A stretch of 64,000 nucleotides of DNA from Candidatus Multivoradales bacterium (GTDB taxonomy: Bacteria > Acidobacteriota > Thermoanaerobaculia > Multivoradales > Multivoraceae), in the NCBI GenBank assembly GCA_965223325.1, contig CBDCWI010000002.1, positions 3,264,001 through 3,328,000 of the forward strand, read 5' to 3'. This document shows positions 1 through 8,609 of the stretch, one piece after another. How positions within the stretch are numbered: position 1 is the first letter of the stretch; each line of letters starts with the position of its first letter. The position numbers were made by a program, and so were the translations under genes. A model generated the notes under the pieces. That model worked only from the letters and a program-made list of their open reading frames with translations, did no database searches and was not told the origin of the DNA.

Positions 1-48
1 GCCGATGGCTACTTCGTCGCCTGGCCCGGCAAGGCCGACGACAACTAG
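1..48 (+). CDS. 3' end of a gene entering the window, probably a GspG-like/type IV major pilin (partial)
   Basis: Frame 1 reads ADGYFVAWPGKADDN-stop (TAG 46-48). The ADGxFVxWP tail resembles, from memory, C-termini of acidobacterial GspG-like pilins. It is followed by a terminator and pilD. Confidence 0.5.
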   Translation, partial: ADGYFVAWPGKADDN

Positions 49-109
49 GCCTCAGTTTCTTGATTTGCTGACGAGTCGCGGGTTCAGTCCCGCACTCATC
101 GAATCGATC

Positions 110-143
110 GGCACCGCGCCTCGGCGCGGTGCCTTTTCTTTTT
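110..143 (+). terminator. Intrinsic (Rho-independent) terminator
   Basis: GGCACCGCGCC-TC-GGCGCGGTGCC perfect inverted repeat (110-133) followed by TTTTCTTTTT (134-143). Confidence 0.85.
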
Positions 144-158
144 GAATGACGTACCGAA

Positions 159-968
159 TTGCTCGACACACTCCAAGCCATACCGACGGGCTCCCCACTG
201 TGGGTCTTCGTCCTGCTCTGGTTCACCACCTTTGGACTCCTGATCGGCAGCTACCTGAACGTGGTGGTCTACCGCCTACCGCGGGGCATATCGACCGTGC
301 GCCCGCGCTCGCGCTGCCCAGGTTGCAACGGTGAGATCCGTTGGTTCGACAACCTGCCCGTCCTCAGCTGGCTCAGGCTCCGCGGCCGCTGCCGCTCCTG
401 CGGAACGCGCATCAGCCCTCGCTACCCGCTGGTCGAGTTGGCCACCGGCGCCCTGTTCACCGTGTCGGTCCTGCGCTTCGGACTCTCCCCGGGCGCAGTG
501 CTGGCCGCGGTCTTCTCGAGCCTGCTTCTGGCACTCGCCCTCATCGACGTCGAGTACTTTCTGCTTCCAGACAAACTCACCTACCCAGGCATCCTGGTTG
601 GTCTGGCGACTTCCTGGGTCTCTCCCATAACGACCCCATCCCAGTCCGCGATCGGAGCTCTCGCCGGTGCTGGCATCCTGCTGGCAATGATTGGCGGCTG
701 GTATCTGATTCGCCGTGAGCAGGGAATGGGGTTCGGCGATGTGAAGATGCTCGCCATGATGGGTGCATTCCTCGGCTTCCCCGGCATGGTCATGGCGCTC
801 TTTTTCGCCGCCCTCAGCGGCTCGGTGGCCGGCGTGGCACTCCTGGCGCAAAGCGGGGGAAGCATGAAGCTCAAACTGCCGTTTGGCGTCTTTTTGTCGC
901 TGGGGGCCCTGATCGCGCTGTTTGCAGGCGAACCCATCCTCGACTGGTACCTGGGATCTTGGCGATGA
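159..968 (+). CDS. pilD: Prepilin peptidase/N-methyltransferase (A24)
   Basis: GSYLNVVVYRLP, two CxxC pairs (RSRCPGC, GRCRSC), catalytic Asp motifs IDVEYFLLPD and GMGFGDVK, LPFGVFL; TTG start. Confidence 0.95.
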   Translation: MLDTLQAIPTGSPLWVFVLLWFTTFGLLIGSYLNVVVYRLPRGISTVRPRSRCPGCNGEIRWFDNLPVLSWLRLRGRCRSCGTRISPRYPLVELATGALFTVSVLRFGLSPGAVLAAVFSSLLLALALIDVEYFLLPDKLTYPGILVGLATSWVSPITTPSQSAIGALAGAGILLAMIGGWYLIRREQGMGFGDVKMLAMMGAFLGFPGMVMALFFAALSGSVAGVALLAQSGGSMKLKLPFGVFLSLGALIALFAGEPILDWYLGSWR

Positions 969-1034
969 CGAATCAATCCGCGCTCACCACGCCTGCGGCT
1001 CTCGCGCGGCCGTCTGAATCGTAGAGACCCTCCG

Positions 1035-2861
1035 ATGGAAGGCAAGACCGGCGTGCCCAGCGAACGATCACCCGTGCGCCCGACACGAGGAGTGATTCCC
1101 AAACTCGGGGTGAGGCGAGAGGCCCTGATCCTGCTTCCCGTCGCCAGCCTGGTTCTGATCGGGCTCTCGGCGTTCACACTCTTTTCCTACCGCGCTGCCA
1201 TCGACCGGTTCACCGACGTCGCCAGATCCGACGCCCTAGCCAGCGCCCAGGCACTGGCTCTCGAGCTGAGCGTCGCCACCCGACCGCGCGAGGTCCTCCA
1301 GCGCGCCAAAGTGCGCGTTCCACGGGCTCAGTACGCCGCCATCCTCGATGCTCAGGGCCTGGTCGAGTTCGAAGCCGGGGACAGTGGCCTTGGCAATCCC
1401 TTCGGACTGCTCGGTGGCCCCCCCGGCCGCGCCGTAACGCTAGGGCCCGACGAAGAGACCCTCGGACGCGTGGTGGCACTCTTGCCGATCACCGGCGGAC
1501 GAACCCTCGAACTCGATATCGACGCATCGGTCGTTTTCGGACAGCAACGTGCGCTGCCTCTTCTGACGGTTGTCGTCCTGGCGATCGACGGGGCGCTGAT
1601 GACTCTGGTGCTCTTTTTCCTACGCCAGTGGATGACGCCTTTCGAGACCCTCCTGGCGCGAGCCCGCGAGGTCGCGCCGGGTGAAAACCGGGGCGCAAAA
1701 GAGGACGAAGTGGAGTTCCTGCTCACCACCTTCGATCGCGCGATTGCCTCGATGGTCGACAAGGGCTCGGTCGAGGACGACATCGCATCCCTCCAACGCA
1801 CGCTCTCTCCCAGCTTCTCGAGTGGCCTCCTGCTGCTCTCGAGTGACGGCGCGGTCCTGGCGCTGAACCCGGTTGGGGCACAACTCCTGGCGGTCGAACA
1901 GCCCAGCGTAGAGTGCCGCCTCGAAGAGCTACTCGTCGGGCACGACGCTCTGGTCGAGGTGCTCCAGAAGGCGCTTCGAACCGGCGAGGGCCTGATGCGC
2001 GAGGAATGCAGCGTCACGACGTCGGACGGTGTGCGCCTCCTGGGACTGACGGTCCATCCACTCAAAGGCCAGTCCGAGAACGTCGGAGGCTGGCTGGTGC
2101 TTTTTGCCGACCTGACCGAGGTCGAAGCGGACGCGCGAGAGCAACGCCTCTCGGAGAGTCTTCAGCAGATCGGCCAGCTGACCGCGGGTCTAGCGCACGA
2201 GCTGCGCAACAGCGTCGCCAGTTTTCGCGGCTACCTCCGATTGATCGAGCGTGAGCCGGGCGGTAGCGGCGTGCCTGAGTACCTCGCCGAGTTACGTCAC
2301 GAGTCCGATCACCTACAGCGGGTGCTAGAAGACCTCTTGACCTTCGCACGACCCGGAAGTGCCCGGCTCGAAGAGATCGACCTCGAGCAAGTCATCAGGC
2401 GGGCGACCGCCGACGCTTCCCTGGGACTGCGTGAGCTTGGCGACCCGACCGCCAACGTGTCGGTGGAAAGCCCAGGCACCAGCATCCGCCTGCAGGCCGA
2501 CCCCCAACTCCTCGAACGCGCCTTGCGCAACCTGATCCACAACGCCCTGCGGGCCCAGCGACGCGGCACCTCGCCCGATCGACCGGTGACGGTGCGCCTC
2601 GAGCCAACGAAAGGCCACACCACGCTGCGCATTCAGGACACCGGCCCGGGAATCCCAGAGGAGCTGAGAGAGCGCCTCTTCGTGCCCTTTTCCACCGGCA
2701 GCGCGGATGGCGTCGGTCTCGGGCTCGCCCTCGCCCGCCGGATCATTGATCTACACGGTGGAACGCTCGACCTGGCCGATCGTCCCGAGGGGGGAGTCGA
2801 GGCGGTTGTCAAATTGCCCCGCGGCTCTGGCACCCCTGTTACCAAACGTAGCGCACGCTAA
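1035..2861 (+). CDS. Membrane sensor histidine kinase with PAS domain (PilS/NtrB-like)
   Basis: Two TM segments, H-box LAHELRN, N-box NLIHNA, G1 DTGPGI, F-box LFVPF, G2 GVGLGL; located next to pilD. Confidence 0.9.
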   Translation: MEGKTGVPSERSPVRPTRGVIPKLGVRREALILLPVASLVLIGLSAFTLFSYRAAIDRFTDVARSDALASAQALALELSVATRPREVLQRAKVRVPRAQYAAILDAQGLVEFEAGDSGLGNPFGLLGGPPGRAVTLGPDEETLGRVVALLPITGGRTLELDIDASVVFGQQRALPLLTVVVLAIDGALMTLVLFFLRQWMTPFETLLARAREVAPGENRGAKEDEVEFLLTTFDRAIASMVDKGSVEDDIASLQRTLSPSFSSGLLLLSSDGAVLALNPVGAQLLAVEQPSVECRLEELLVGHDALVEVLQKALRTGEGLMREECSVTTSDGVRLLGLTVHPLKGQSENVGGWLVLFADLTEVEADAREQRLSESLQQIGQLTAGLAHELRNSVASFRGYLRLIEREPGGSGVPEYLAELRHESDHLQRVLEDLLTFARPGSARLEEIDLEQVIRRATADASLGLRELGDPTANVSVESPGTSIRLQADPQLLERALRNLIHNALRAQRRGTSPDRPVTVRLEPTKGHTTLRIQDTGPGIPEELRERLFVPFSTGSADGVGLGLALARRIIDLHGGTLDLADRPEGGVEAVVKLPRGSGTPVTKRSAR

Positions 2862-2949
2862 GGAGTTCGAACGCCTGCGCCGACCGGCTCCATCCCCTTC
2901 GCGAGCCTCAGAAGCGCCATCCCAGGGGATTCGCACCCGGCGCTCGGCA

Positions 2950-2965
2950 TGGCACACGGGTTGCT
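2950..2965 (+). promoter_or_regulatory. sigma54 -24/-12 promoter (distal)
   Basis: TGGCAC-ACGGG-TTGCT matches TGGCAC-N5-TTGCW with exact spacing. Confidence 0.7.
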
Positions 2966-3205
2966 TCTACTCGGTATGTCCCGCATGTCGACGCCCGCCG
3001 CGCGGTCCTTGGCTCTCCTCGGAAAGAGGGGACACCGACCGCGGAGTCTGCGCAGCGAGCCGAGACCATCTCCTCAGCGGCCCACCTTTCACGCCGTGCC
3101 CTCGGAAATCAGGCGATTTCGGTCGCCTCCAGTACGACCGTGGAAATGCCGGCCTGCCGTCCCAAAGGTCTCGAGGTCTGTGTACCTCGGGGCACCGTTT
3201 TCGAC

Positions 3206-3232
3206 GGATTCGCTACGATTCGTAGCGAATCC
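3206..3232. repeat. Perfect 12-bp inverted repeat (enhancer-binding-protein site or terminator stem)
   Basis: GGATTCGCTACG-ATT-CGTAGCGAATCC followed by CGTTTT; ends ~70 bp upstream of the proximal sigma54 motif. Confidence 0.75.
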
Positions 3233-3304
3233 CGTTTTCCCGTACCGTCACCCTGGCACACGCGTTTCGACTGCCTCGGCGGGACCATGCGACAATGTAT
3301 TGAT

Positions 3305-3320
3305 TGGTATGCATGTTGCT
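3305..3320 (+). promoter_or_regulatory. sigma54 -24/-12 promoter of the minor pilin operon
   Basis: TGGTAT-GCATG-TTGCT with GG/GC at canonical spacing, 37 nt before the pilV-like ATG; GGAG RBS at 3346-3349. Confidence 0.75.
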
Positions 3321-3357
3321 ACGTACTTAGTGCGAGTTATCACCCGGAGACCATGCC

Positions 3358-3912
3358 ATGACCCTGTCCATGCCCGACACCAATCCCGCCCCGCAGAGCG
3401 CCGAGGCCGGCTTTTCGTTGCTCGAGGTCCTCATTGCCTCGGTGATCCTGCTCTTCGTCGCCATTGGCGTCTTGCCGCTCTTCCAGCGCGCCATGGCCAA
3501 CAACACGCAGGGCCGTGAGATCACCCAGGTCGTCCATCGCGCCAAGTCCGAGATGGAGGAGATCATCCAGCTCGACTTCAACGACGCTCTCTTGACCTGG
3601 ACCGGTGCCGACGAGACCGAGATCACTCAGTACTGGGATGACGCCAACGAGGCGTGGATTACGGTCGCAGACCTGACCGCCGTGCCGGATGGCACCGATT
3701 ACACCCGGCAGATCCGCGTCAAGCAGTTCAACCTCGATGAACTGCAAAGCAACGAAACCACGGCCCAGTGGACGGCACTGCCAGCAGACGCACCGCCCAA
3801 CGAGGTCCACCTCAAGCAAGTGGAAGTCGAGGTCGCTGTCCATCGCGGGCGCTCCACCGCCGCCGGCGGCATCGGCCGAAACCTGGTGATTCGTTCGTTC
3901 AAGTCCTTCTGA
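3358..3912 (+). CDS. pilV: Type IV minor pilin, PilV-like
   Basis: Class III signal G|FSLLEVLIASVILLFVAIGVL with Glu+5; first gene of a V-W-X arrangement. Confidence 0.75.
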   Translation: MTLSMPDTNPAPQSAEAGFSLLEVLIASVILLFVAIGVLPLFQRAMANNTQGREITQVVHRAKSEMEEIIQLDFNDALLTWTGADETEITQYWDDANEAWITVADLTAVPDGTDYTRQIRVKQFNLDELQSNETTAQWTALPADAPPNEVHLKQVEVEVAVHRGRSTAAGGIGRNLVIRSFKSF

Positions 3913-3959
3913 CCCCTTCCTGCCCATAGCCATCTTTTCTGTTCCGCGGAGCCCCCTTC

Positions 3960-5243
3960 ATGTTCTCCAGAATCAACCAAGCCTCAACACCCGAGACCAA
4001 TTCACCGACGGGCGAACAGGGATTCAGCCTTGCCGAACTGGTCGTCGGCATGTTCGTGCTGACCGAAGTCCTCGTCGTCGTTCTCCTCCTGTTCGATCTG
4101 AACAACAAGGTCTCGCGAGTCCAGACATCGGTCGCCGAAATGCAGCAGTCACAGCGCGTCGCACAGCACGACCTGCTGCGCTTCGTTCGTATGGCGGGCC
4201 GCGGCACGTTGCCGCGATCGGTGGCTGTCAACGTGCGCAACAACGTCAGCGGGCTCGGCCCGGAAAACACCATCGATGGCGCGGTCGGAATCGGACCCGA
4301 GATCGTCGGCGGTACGGACGTGATCATTGTGCGGGGCGTCTTCAGCACTCCGATCTATCAGCTCAACACCGTAGACGAGAACTCATACATCGACGGTGAC
4401 GAAGACAATTCAGACGGCGTGCCCAACGACACCGTTCAGATCACGGTCCAGGCAGCAACGGCGGAAGGCATCCCTCAGTCTCTGGAACCCCTCATCAACC
4501 TGGCCTCCGGCCTTCGCCCTGAAGCGATCGTGTTGACGAGTCCGATCAACGATTCGGTCTACGTCGTCGCCGAGCTGTTGGGCGTCACAATGGACGGAAC
4601 GGGAACGGTAGCGACCCTGTCGATCAGCAAGGAAATCACCAACTCCGGCTTACAGGGCGGCTATCTGACGCTTTCGAGTACACCTGGTCAGTGGCCCGCC
4701 GAACTGGATTCGGCGGCCTTCCTCGGCATCCTCGAGGAATACCGCTACTACATCCAGGAAGACTACGCGATCACTAGCGATACCAGCACCGAGCTCATGC
4801 CCCGCCTGGCGCGCGCACAGTTCTACCCGGCAAGCAACACCCCATGGGCCAACGACCCGCTCAACCTCGACGTCGAGATCGCCGAGAACATCTGGGATCT
4901 GCAAGTCGCAATGGCCGTTGACATCAACGACGACCGCACGATCGACGAAGGTGACGCGGCCACCAACGAGTGGGTCTACGACAGCGGAGGGGTCGAGCCA
5001 GCGACGAACGCCTGGTTCACCGACGCGCATCGCCTCTACTTCTTGAGGATCACCACTCTGGCGCGCAGCCCCGACCCCGATCGAGGCTACGTCGCTCCAG
5101 ATGTCGGGGCCATCGAAGATCACGACTACACGGATCTCTTCGGCTTGCCGAGCGAGCTCGGAACCGCCCAGACTCAGGCCGGTGTGCAGTCGCGTCGCAT
5201 CCGTGAACTCGAGACCATCATCGACATGCGCAACTTGGGCTAG
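3960..5243 (+). CDS. pilW: Type IV minor pilin, PilW-like
   Basis: G|FSLAELVVGM prepilin motif, FVRMAG, C-terminal EIAENIWDLQV and IDMRNLG patterns typical of PilW. Confidence 0.8.
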   Translation: MFSRINQASTPETNSPTGEQGFSLAELVVGMFVLTEVLVVVLLLFDLNNKVSRVQTSVAEMQQSQRVAQHDLLRFVRMAGRGTLPRSVAVNVRNNVSGLGPENTIDGAVGIGPEIVGGTDVIIVRGVFSTPIYQLNTVDENSYIDGDEDNSDGVPNDTVQITVQAATAEGIPQSLEPLINLASGLRPEAIVLTSPINDSVYVVAELLGVTMDGTGTVATLSISKEITNSGLQGGYLTLSSTPGQWPAELDSAAFLGILEEYRYYIQEDYAITSDTSTELMPRLARAQFYPASNTPWANDPLNLDVEIAENIWDLQVAMAVDINDDRTIDEGDAATNEWVYDSGGVEPATNAWFTDAHRLYFLRITTLARSPDPDRGYVAPDVGAIEDHDYTDLFGLPSELGTAQTQAGVQSRRIRELETIIDMRNLG

Positions 5244-5923
5244 TGGACTCTCCGAGTCTCCCGAGCAACAATCTCGTCAGCCCGAACAGTTCGAAGAAAG
5301 CAGGTTTCGCAACCATGAAGAAATCGTCTCCAGACCTCACCTTGACGGCCCTCGAGCGCTCGCGCGAAGAAGGCAGCGCCTACATCATCACCTTGATGGT
5401 GCTTTTCATTCTCACGGTTGTCGGGCTCTCGCTCACACTCATCACCCAGACCGAGATGCTGGTCAGCTCGACGGAGCGCACCGCGCAGCGGACCTTCTAC
5501 GCAGCTGATTCCGGCATCAACGTTCAGGCCTCGAAGGTCGCGGTCTACAACGACTTCCAACCGCGGACCTATCGGGTTGGTAATCGCCTCGGCTTCGGTG
5601 CCGAAACGGTCTCGACCCCCGGCAGTGGCGGCGGACCTTCCATCGAAACCCTCGCGAGCGGCATCGAAGATCGGGTCGAAGTCTCGCAGGCGATTCCAAT
5701 TCAGCTCACGCCGTGCAACTTCTGCCAGATCAACCAGGACTCCGAGTACTTCGAGATCAACACCCTCATGACCTCGACTGCGACGCGCGTTTCAATCGGT
5801 GACGACGATGTGCCGATGGCTCGCAAACAGATCACTGCCATGGTCGAACTGCAACCCTGGTCGGGTGATCCCGAGGCCTTCTACCTGGCGGATGAAGACG
5901 CCGCCACGGCGATCAAGAACTGA
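5243..5923 (+). CDS. pilX: Type IV minor pilin, PilX-like (alternative ATG start at 5315)
   Basis: EEG|SAYIITLMVLFILTVVGLS lacking Glu+5; TFYAADSGI PilX_N-type motif. Confidence 0.8.
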   Translation: MDSPSLPSNNLVSPNSSKKAGFATMKKSSPDLTLTALERSREEGSAYIITLMVLFILTVVGLSLTLITQTEMLVSSTERTAQRTFYAADSGINVQASKVAVYNDFQPRTYRVGNRLGFGAETVSTPGSGGGPSIETLASGIEDRVEVSQAIPIQLTPCNFCQINQDSEYFEINTLMTSTATRVSIGDDDVPMARKQITAMVELQPWSGDPEAFYLADEDAATAIKN

Positions 5924-5991
5924 CCGGGCGCCGGCCGAAGCCCACTGAGAGTCTCGTCGATCGGCGCGCCTTTCTCGCCGCTTCGATTGTC

Positions 5992-6873
5992 ATGACACCG
6001 ATCGACCAGTCAGGCCCCGCGACGAGCGACCCCGGATCAAGGGCGCGCCGGCCGCTGCTGCTCGTTGCCGGGCTCGGCAGCTTGTGGCTAGGCCTGTACC
6101 TGGCCCTGCCCCTTTCCGCCCAGCATTCCGCCCAGCAGAAGGCCACTGAGCCTCCCAGCGAAGCCGTGAGCACTGACGCTTCAGACCAGAATCTCGCGGT
6201 ACGGCATTGGGTCGTCACCACGGCCGGCGACCGCATCGAAACCCGCGGCCCCCATCGCATCGATGGGCGTCGTGTGGTCTTCACCGATATGGAGGGCGCC
6301 CTGCGCTCGATCCGCACCGACAGCGTTGACCTGGCCCTCAGCGGACCCAGGCCCACGGTCGAGGAGCCGCCCCCTCAGCCCAAGACCGACGGCGCAGCAC
6401 CCACGCAGCCTGCCGCCGCCCTCGTCCTCGATGAGCGCACGATCAGCGCCTTCAAGGAAGCTAGTGGAGGAGCTGCCGCCAGCGCAAGAGATCCCGCGAG
6501 CGACGACGCTCCGGGCCGGGCGACAGCCGGAGCGGGCGCCACCGACCGGCAGCCCACAACGGGGAGCGGGGCAAAAGGCGGCCCTACGGACTCCTCTAAG
6601 CGTGCGGCCCTCGAGGTGGCCTCCTGGGACGCCGTCGATTCCGAAGACGCGGAGTCCCTCACGGTCTTTGGAACCCTGCGAAACAAGGGCCCGCAGACCG
6701 CCAAGCGGCCCCGGGTCACCGTTTTTCTGGTCGACGAAAGAGGCGAGCGCATCGCCGAAGCCGTCGCCCGAATCACCCGCCCGGACCTCGGGCCCGGCAA
6801 GACCACTAATTTTCGTGCCCATTTCGGAGGGTTCGTCCCTTACACCAAGATAGAATTCGAGATCACCCAATAA
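5992..6873 (+). CDS. Exported protein: unnamed N-terminal beta domain, low-complexity linker, FxLYD-like Ig domain
   Basis: Signal-like N-terminus (LALPLSA); C-terminal VFGTLRNKG...VTVFLVDERGERI...LGPGKTTNF resembles FxLYD. Confidence 0.65.
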   Translation: MTPIDQSGPATSDPGSRARRPLLLVAGLGSLWLGLYLALPLSAQHSAQQKATEPPSEAVSTDASDQNLAVRHWVVTTAGDRIETRGPHRIDGRRVVFTDMEGALRSIRTDSVDLALSGPRPTVEEPPPQPKTDGAAPTQPAAALVLDERTISAFKEASGGAAASARDPASDDAPGRATAGAGATDRQPTTGSGAKGGPTDSSKRAALEVASWDAVDSEDAESLTVFGTLRNKGPQTAKRPRVTVFLVDERGERIAEAVARITRPDLGPGKTTNFRAHFGGFVPYTKIEFEITQ

Positions 6874-6953
6874 GCCTGCGGGCACTGCCCAGGGCTTTCG
6901 ATCCTTTGCCTATCCGGATGCGAACCGGCCGAACCCTCATCACAGGAAACGTC

Positions 6954-7730
6954 ATGCCATCCAAGCCCAAGAAACCCAATCCACAGCTCCCAGACGGCGA
7001 TCCCGCCACTCTCCATCAACCTGCCAGACGCGGACAGCGCGGCTACACGCTCATCGAGCTGGCGGTGGTCGGCCTGATCATCGGCATCATCTCAGTCATC
7101 GCGATCCCGGCTCTCCACCTGGTCATTCGAAGGGCGAAGCTCGAGGGAATGACCCGCGAGATCGCCGCTCACATGCAGGTTGCCCGCCAGGAAGCGATCA
7201 AGCAGGGAATCGATGTGGTGGTCGCCTTCGAAGCGTCAGACGCGAACGGCCCCGCAAGACTCATCGCTTTCGGAGACGTCCCGGTTGGCACCGCCCCGCC
7301 CGACCGCATCTTCACGCCCGACCCGGATGAGCCACATCGCACGGTTGACTACCTGGTCACCGAAATGGTGTTAGGGGACAGCCCGTCACAGGAGTCTCTG
7401 CGTTTCGACTTTGCGGCACCCGAGGGCGCGATGGCCTTCACTGGCTTCAGCACGACCGGCGCGGCGCCAACTGACGACACGAACACGGTCGGGGAACGGT
7501 TTGCCGTCTTCCGACCCGACGGCTCCATCGCCGCCCCTGGCGCCTTCCGCTTCGGCGACTTCCGGAAGCCCTATGGCGACTACACCGCGGGGCGCTGCGG
7601 CAACTGCTTCGAGGTGAGAATCGCGCCCGCCGCGACCGCCAAGATCACCTTCCTCAAGTACAACTACGGCGAGGCGACCTGGGTGCCCTCGTCACGTAAG
7701 TCAGGGCGTTCCCTGTGGAAGTGGTACTGA
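6954..7730 (+). CDS. FimU/FimT/GspH-like minor pilin
   Basis: QRG|YTLIELAVV prepilin motif, ARQEAIKQG helix motif, VFRPDG; ATG 6954 preceded by AGGA. Confidence 0.8.
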   Translation: MPSKPKKPNPQLPDGDPATLHQPARRGQRGYTLIELAVVGLIIGIISVIAIPALHLVIRRAKLEGMTREIAAHMQVARQEAIKQGIDVVVAFEASDANGPARLIAFGDVPVGTAPPDRIFTPDPDEPHRTVDYLVTEMVLGDSPSQESLRFDFAAPEGAMAFTGFSTTGAAPTDDTNTVGERFAVFRPDGSIAAPGAFRFGDFRKPYGDYTAGRCGNCFEVRIAPAATAKITFLKYNYGEATWVPSSRKSGRSLWKWY

Positions 7731-7817
7731 CGCCTGCTATCTCCTCCTTGACTCTGCCCTCCGCCCCAAGCATCGAAACCAGCTCTCCTCAGTGAGAGCT
7801 TGCCAGCAGGAGAAGCC

Positions 7818-8609
7818 ATGAATACACGAGCCCTCTTTGCCTTTCTCCTTTTCTCCTCTTGCCTGCTCACCCCGTCCCACGGTGACTGGCTGGTCACCGT
7901 CGACGGAACCCGGATCGAGACCCAAGGGCCCTATCAGCTCGATGGCAGCCGCATCATTTTCAAGACCACCAACGGGACCTTGAGCGCCATGCGCGCAAGC
8001 GAAGTCGATCTCGATGCGAGCCGCCGGCTCACCGAGAGCAAGAAGCAGGCACAGACCGAGGCGCAGCCCTCGAACTCGTCAGACACCGCGCGGAAGGCGG
8101 CTCTGGTACTCGACGAGAACAACACCGGAAGACACCTCTCCCTCGGTATCGACGACAGCACGGATGGCGAGGGTGGCGACTCGGACGACGCCAAGACCGA
8201 AGCACTCGAAGTGCTTTCCTGGGAGGAGGCACAGGGATCTACCGAAGATCTGGTTCTCGTCGGCCGGGCTCGCAACAACAGCGATATTTTCGCGACCGAA
8301 CTCAGTTTGACGGTCACCGTTCATGACGAGACTGGCAAGGTGGCCGGCCGCAAGGCAGCGACGTTCGACCGCAAGGCCCTGCGGCCGGGGCAGGAGACCA
8401 GCTGGCGTGCCACCTTTCCTGGGATCTATATGAGCCGCAATCCGACGTTCGAGTCCAAGGCCACAGGCTTCGTAACCCGCGACCGCAGCGACGGTGCAGG
8501 CTCAGCCGACGACAGCGACGACGGCAGCGACAGCCCGACGACCGACAACGCGGGGTCGACCGCAGAAGACACCGGGTCCGCCGCTGTGACCGACCTTTCC
8601 GGTTCGTGA
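7818..8609 (+). CDS. Exported paralog of 5992..6873 (unnamed domain plus FxLYD-like Ig domain)
   Basis: Signal peptide ending SHG|DW, shared N-domain, LEVLSW...VGRARNNS...VHDETGK...LRPGQETSW; AGGAG RBS. Confidence 0.7.
   Translation: MNTRALFAFLLFSSCLLTPSHGDWLVTVDGTRIETQGPYQLDGSRIIFKTTNGTLSAMRASEVDLDASRRLTESKKQAQTEAQPSNSSDTARKAALVLDENNTGRHLSLGIDDSTDGEGGDSDDAKTEALEVLSWEEAQGSTEDLVLVGRARNNSDIFATELSLTVTVHDETGKVAGRKAATFDRKALRPGQETSWRATFPGIYMSRNPTFESKATGFVTRDRSDGAGSADDSDDGSDSPTTDNAGSTAEDTGSAAVTDLSGS

Noticed and set aside
2707-3518. ORFs 2707..3225, 2949..3518 and 3140..3361 across the kinase-pilV gap
   Set aside because: Arg/Pro/Ser-rich shadow-type composition, no RBS, and overlap with real genes and the sigma54 motifs.
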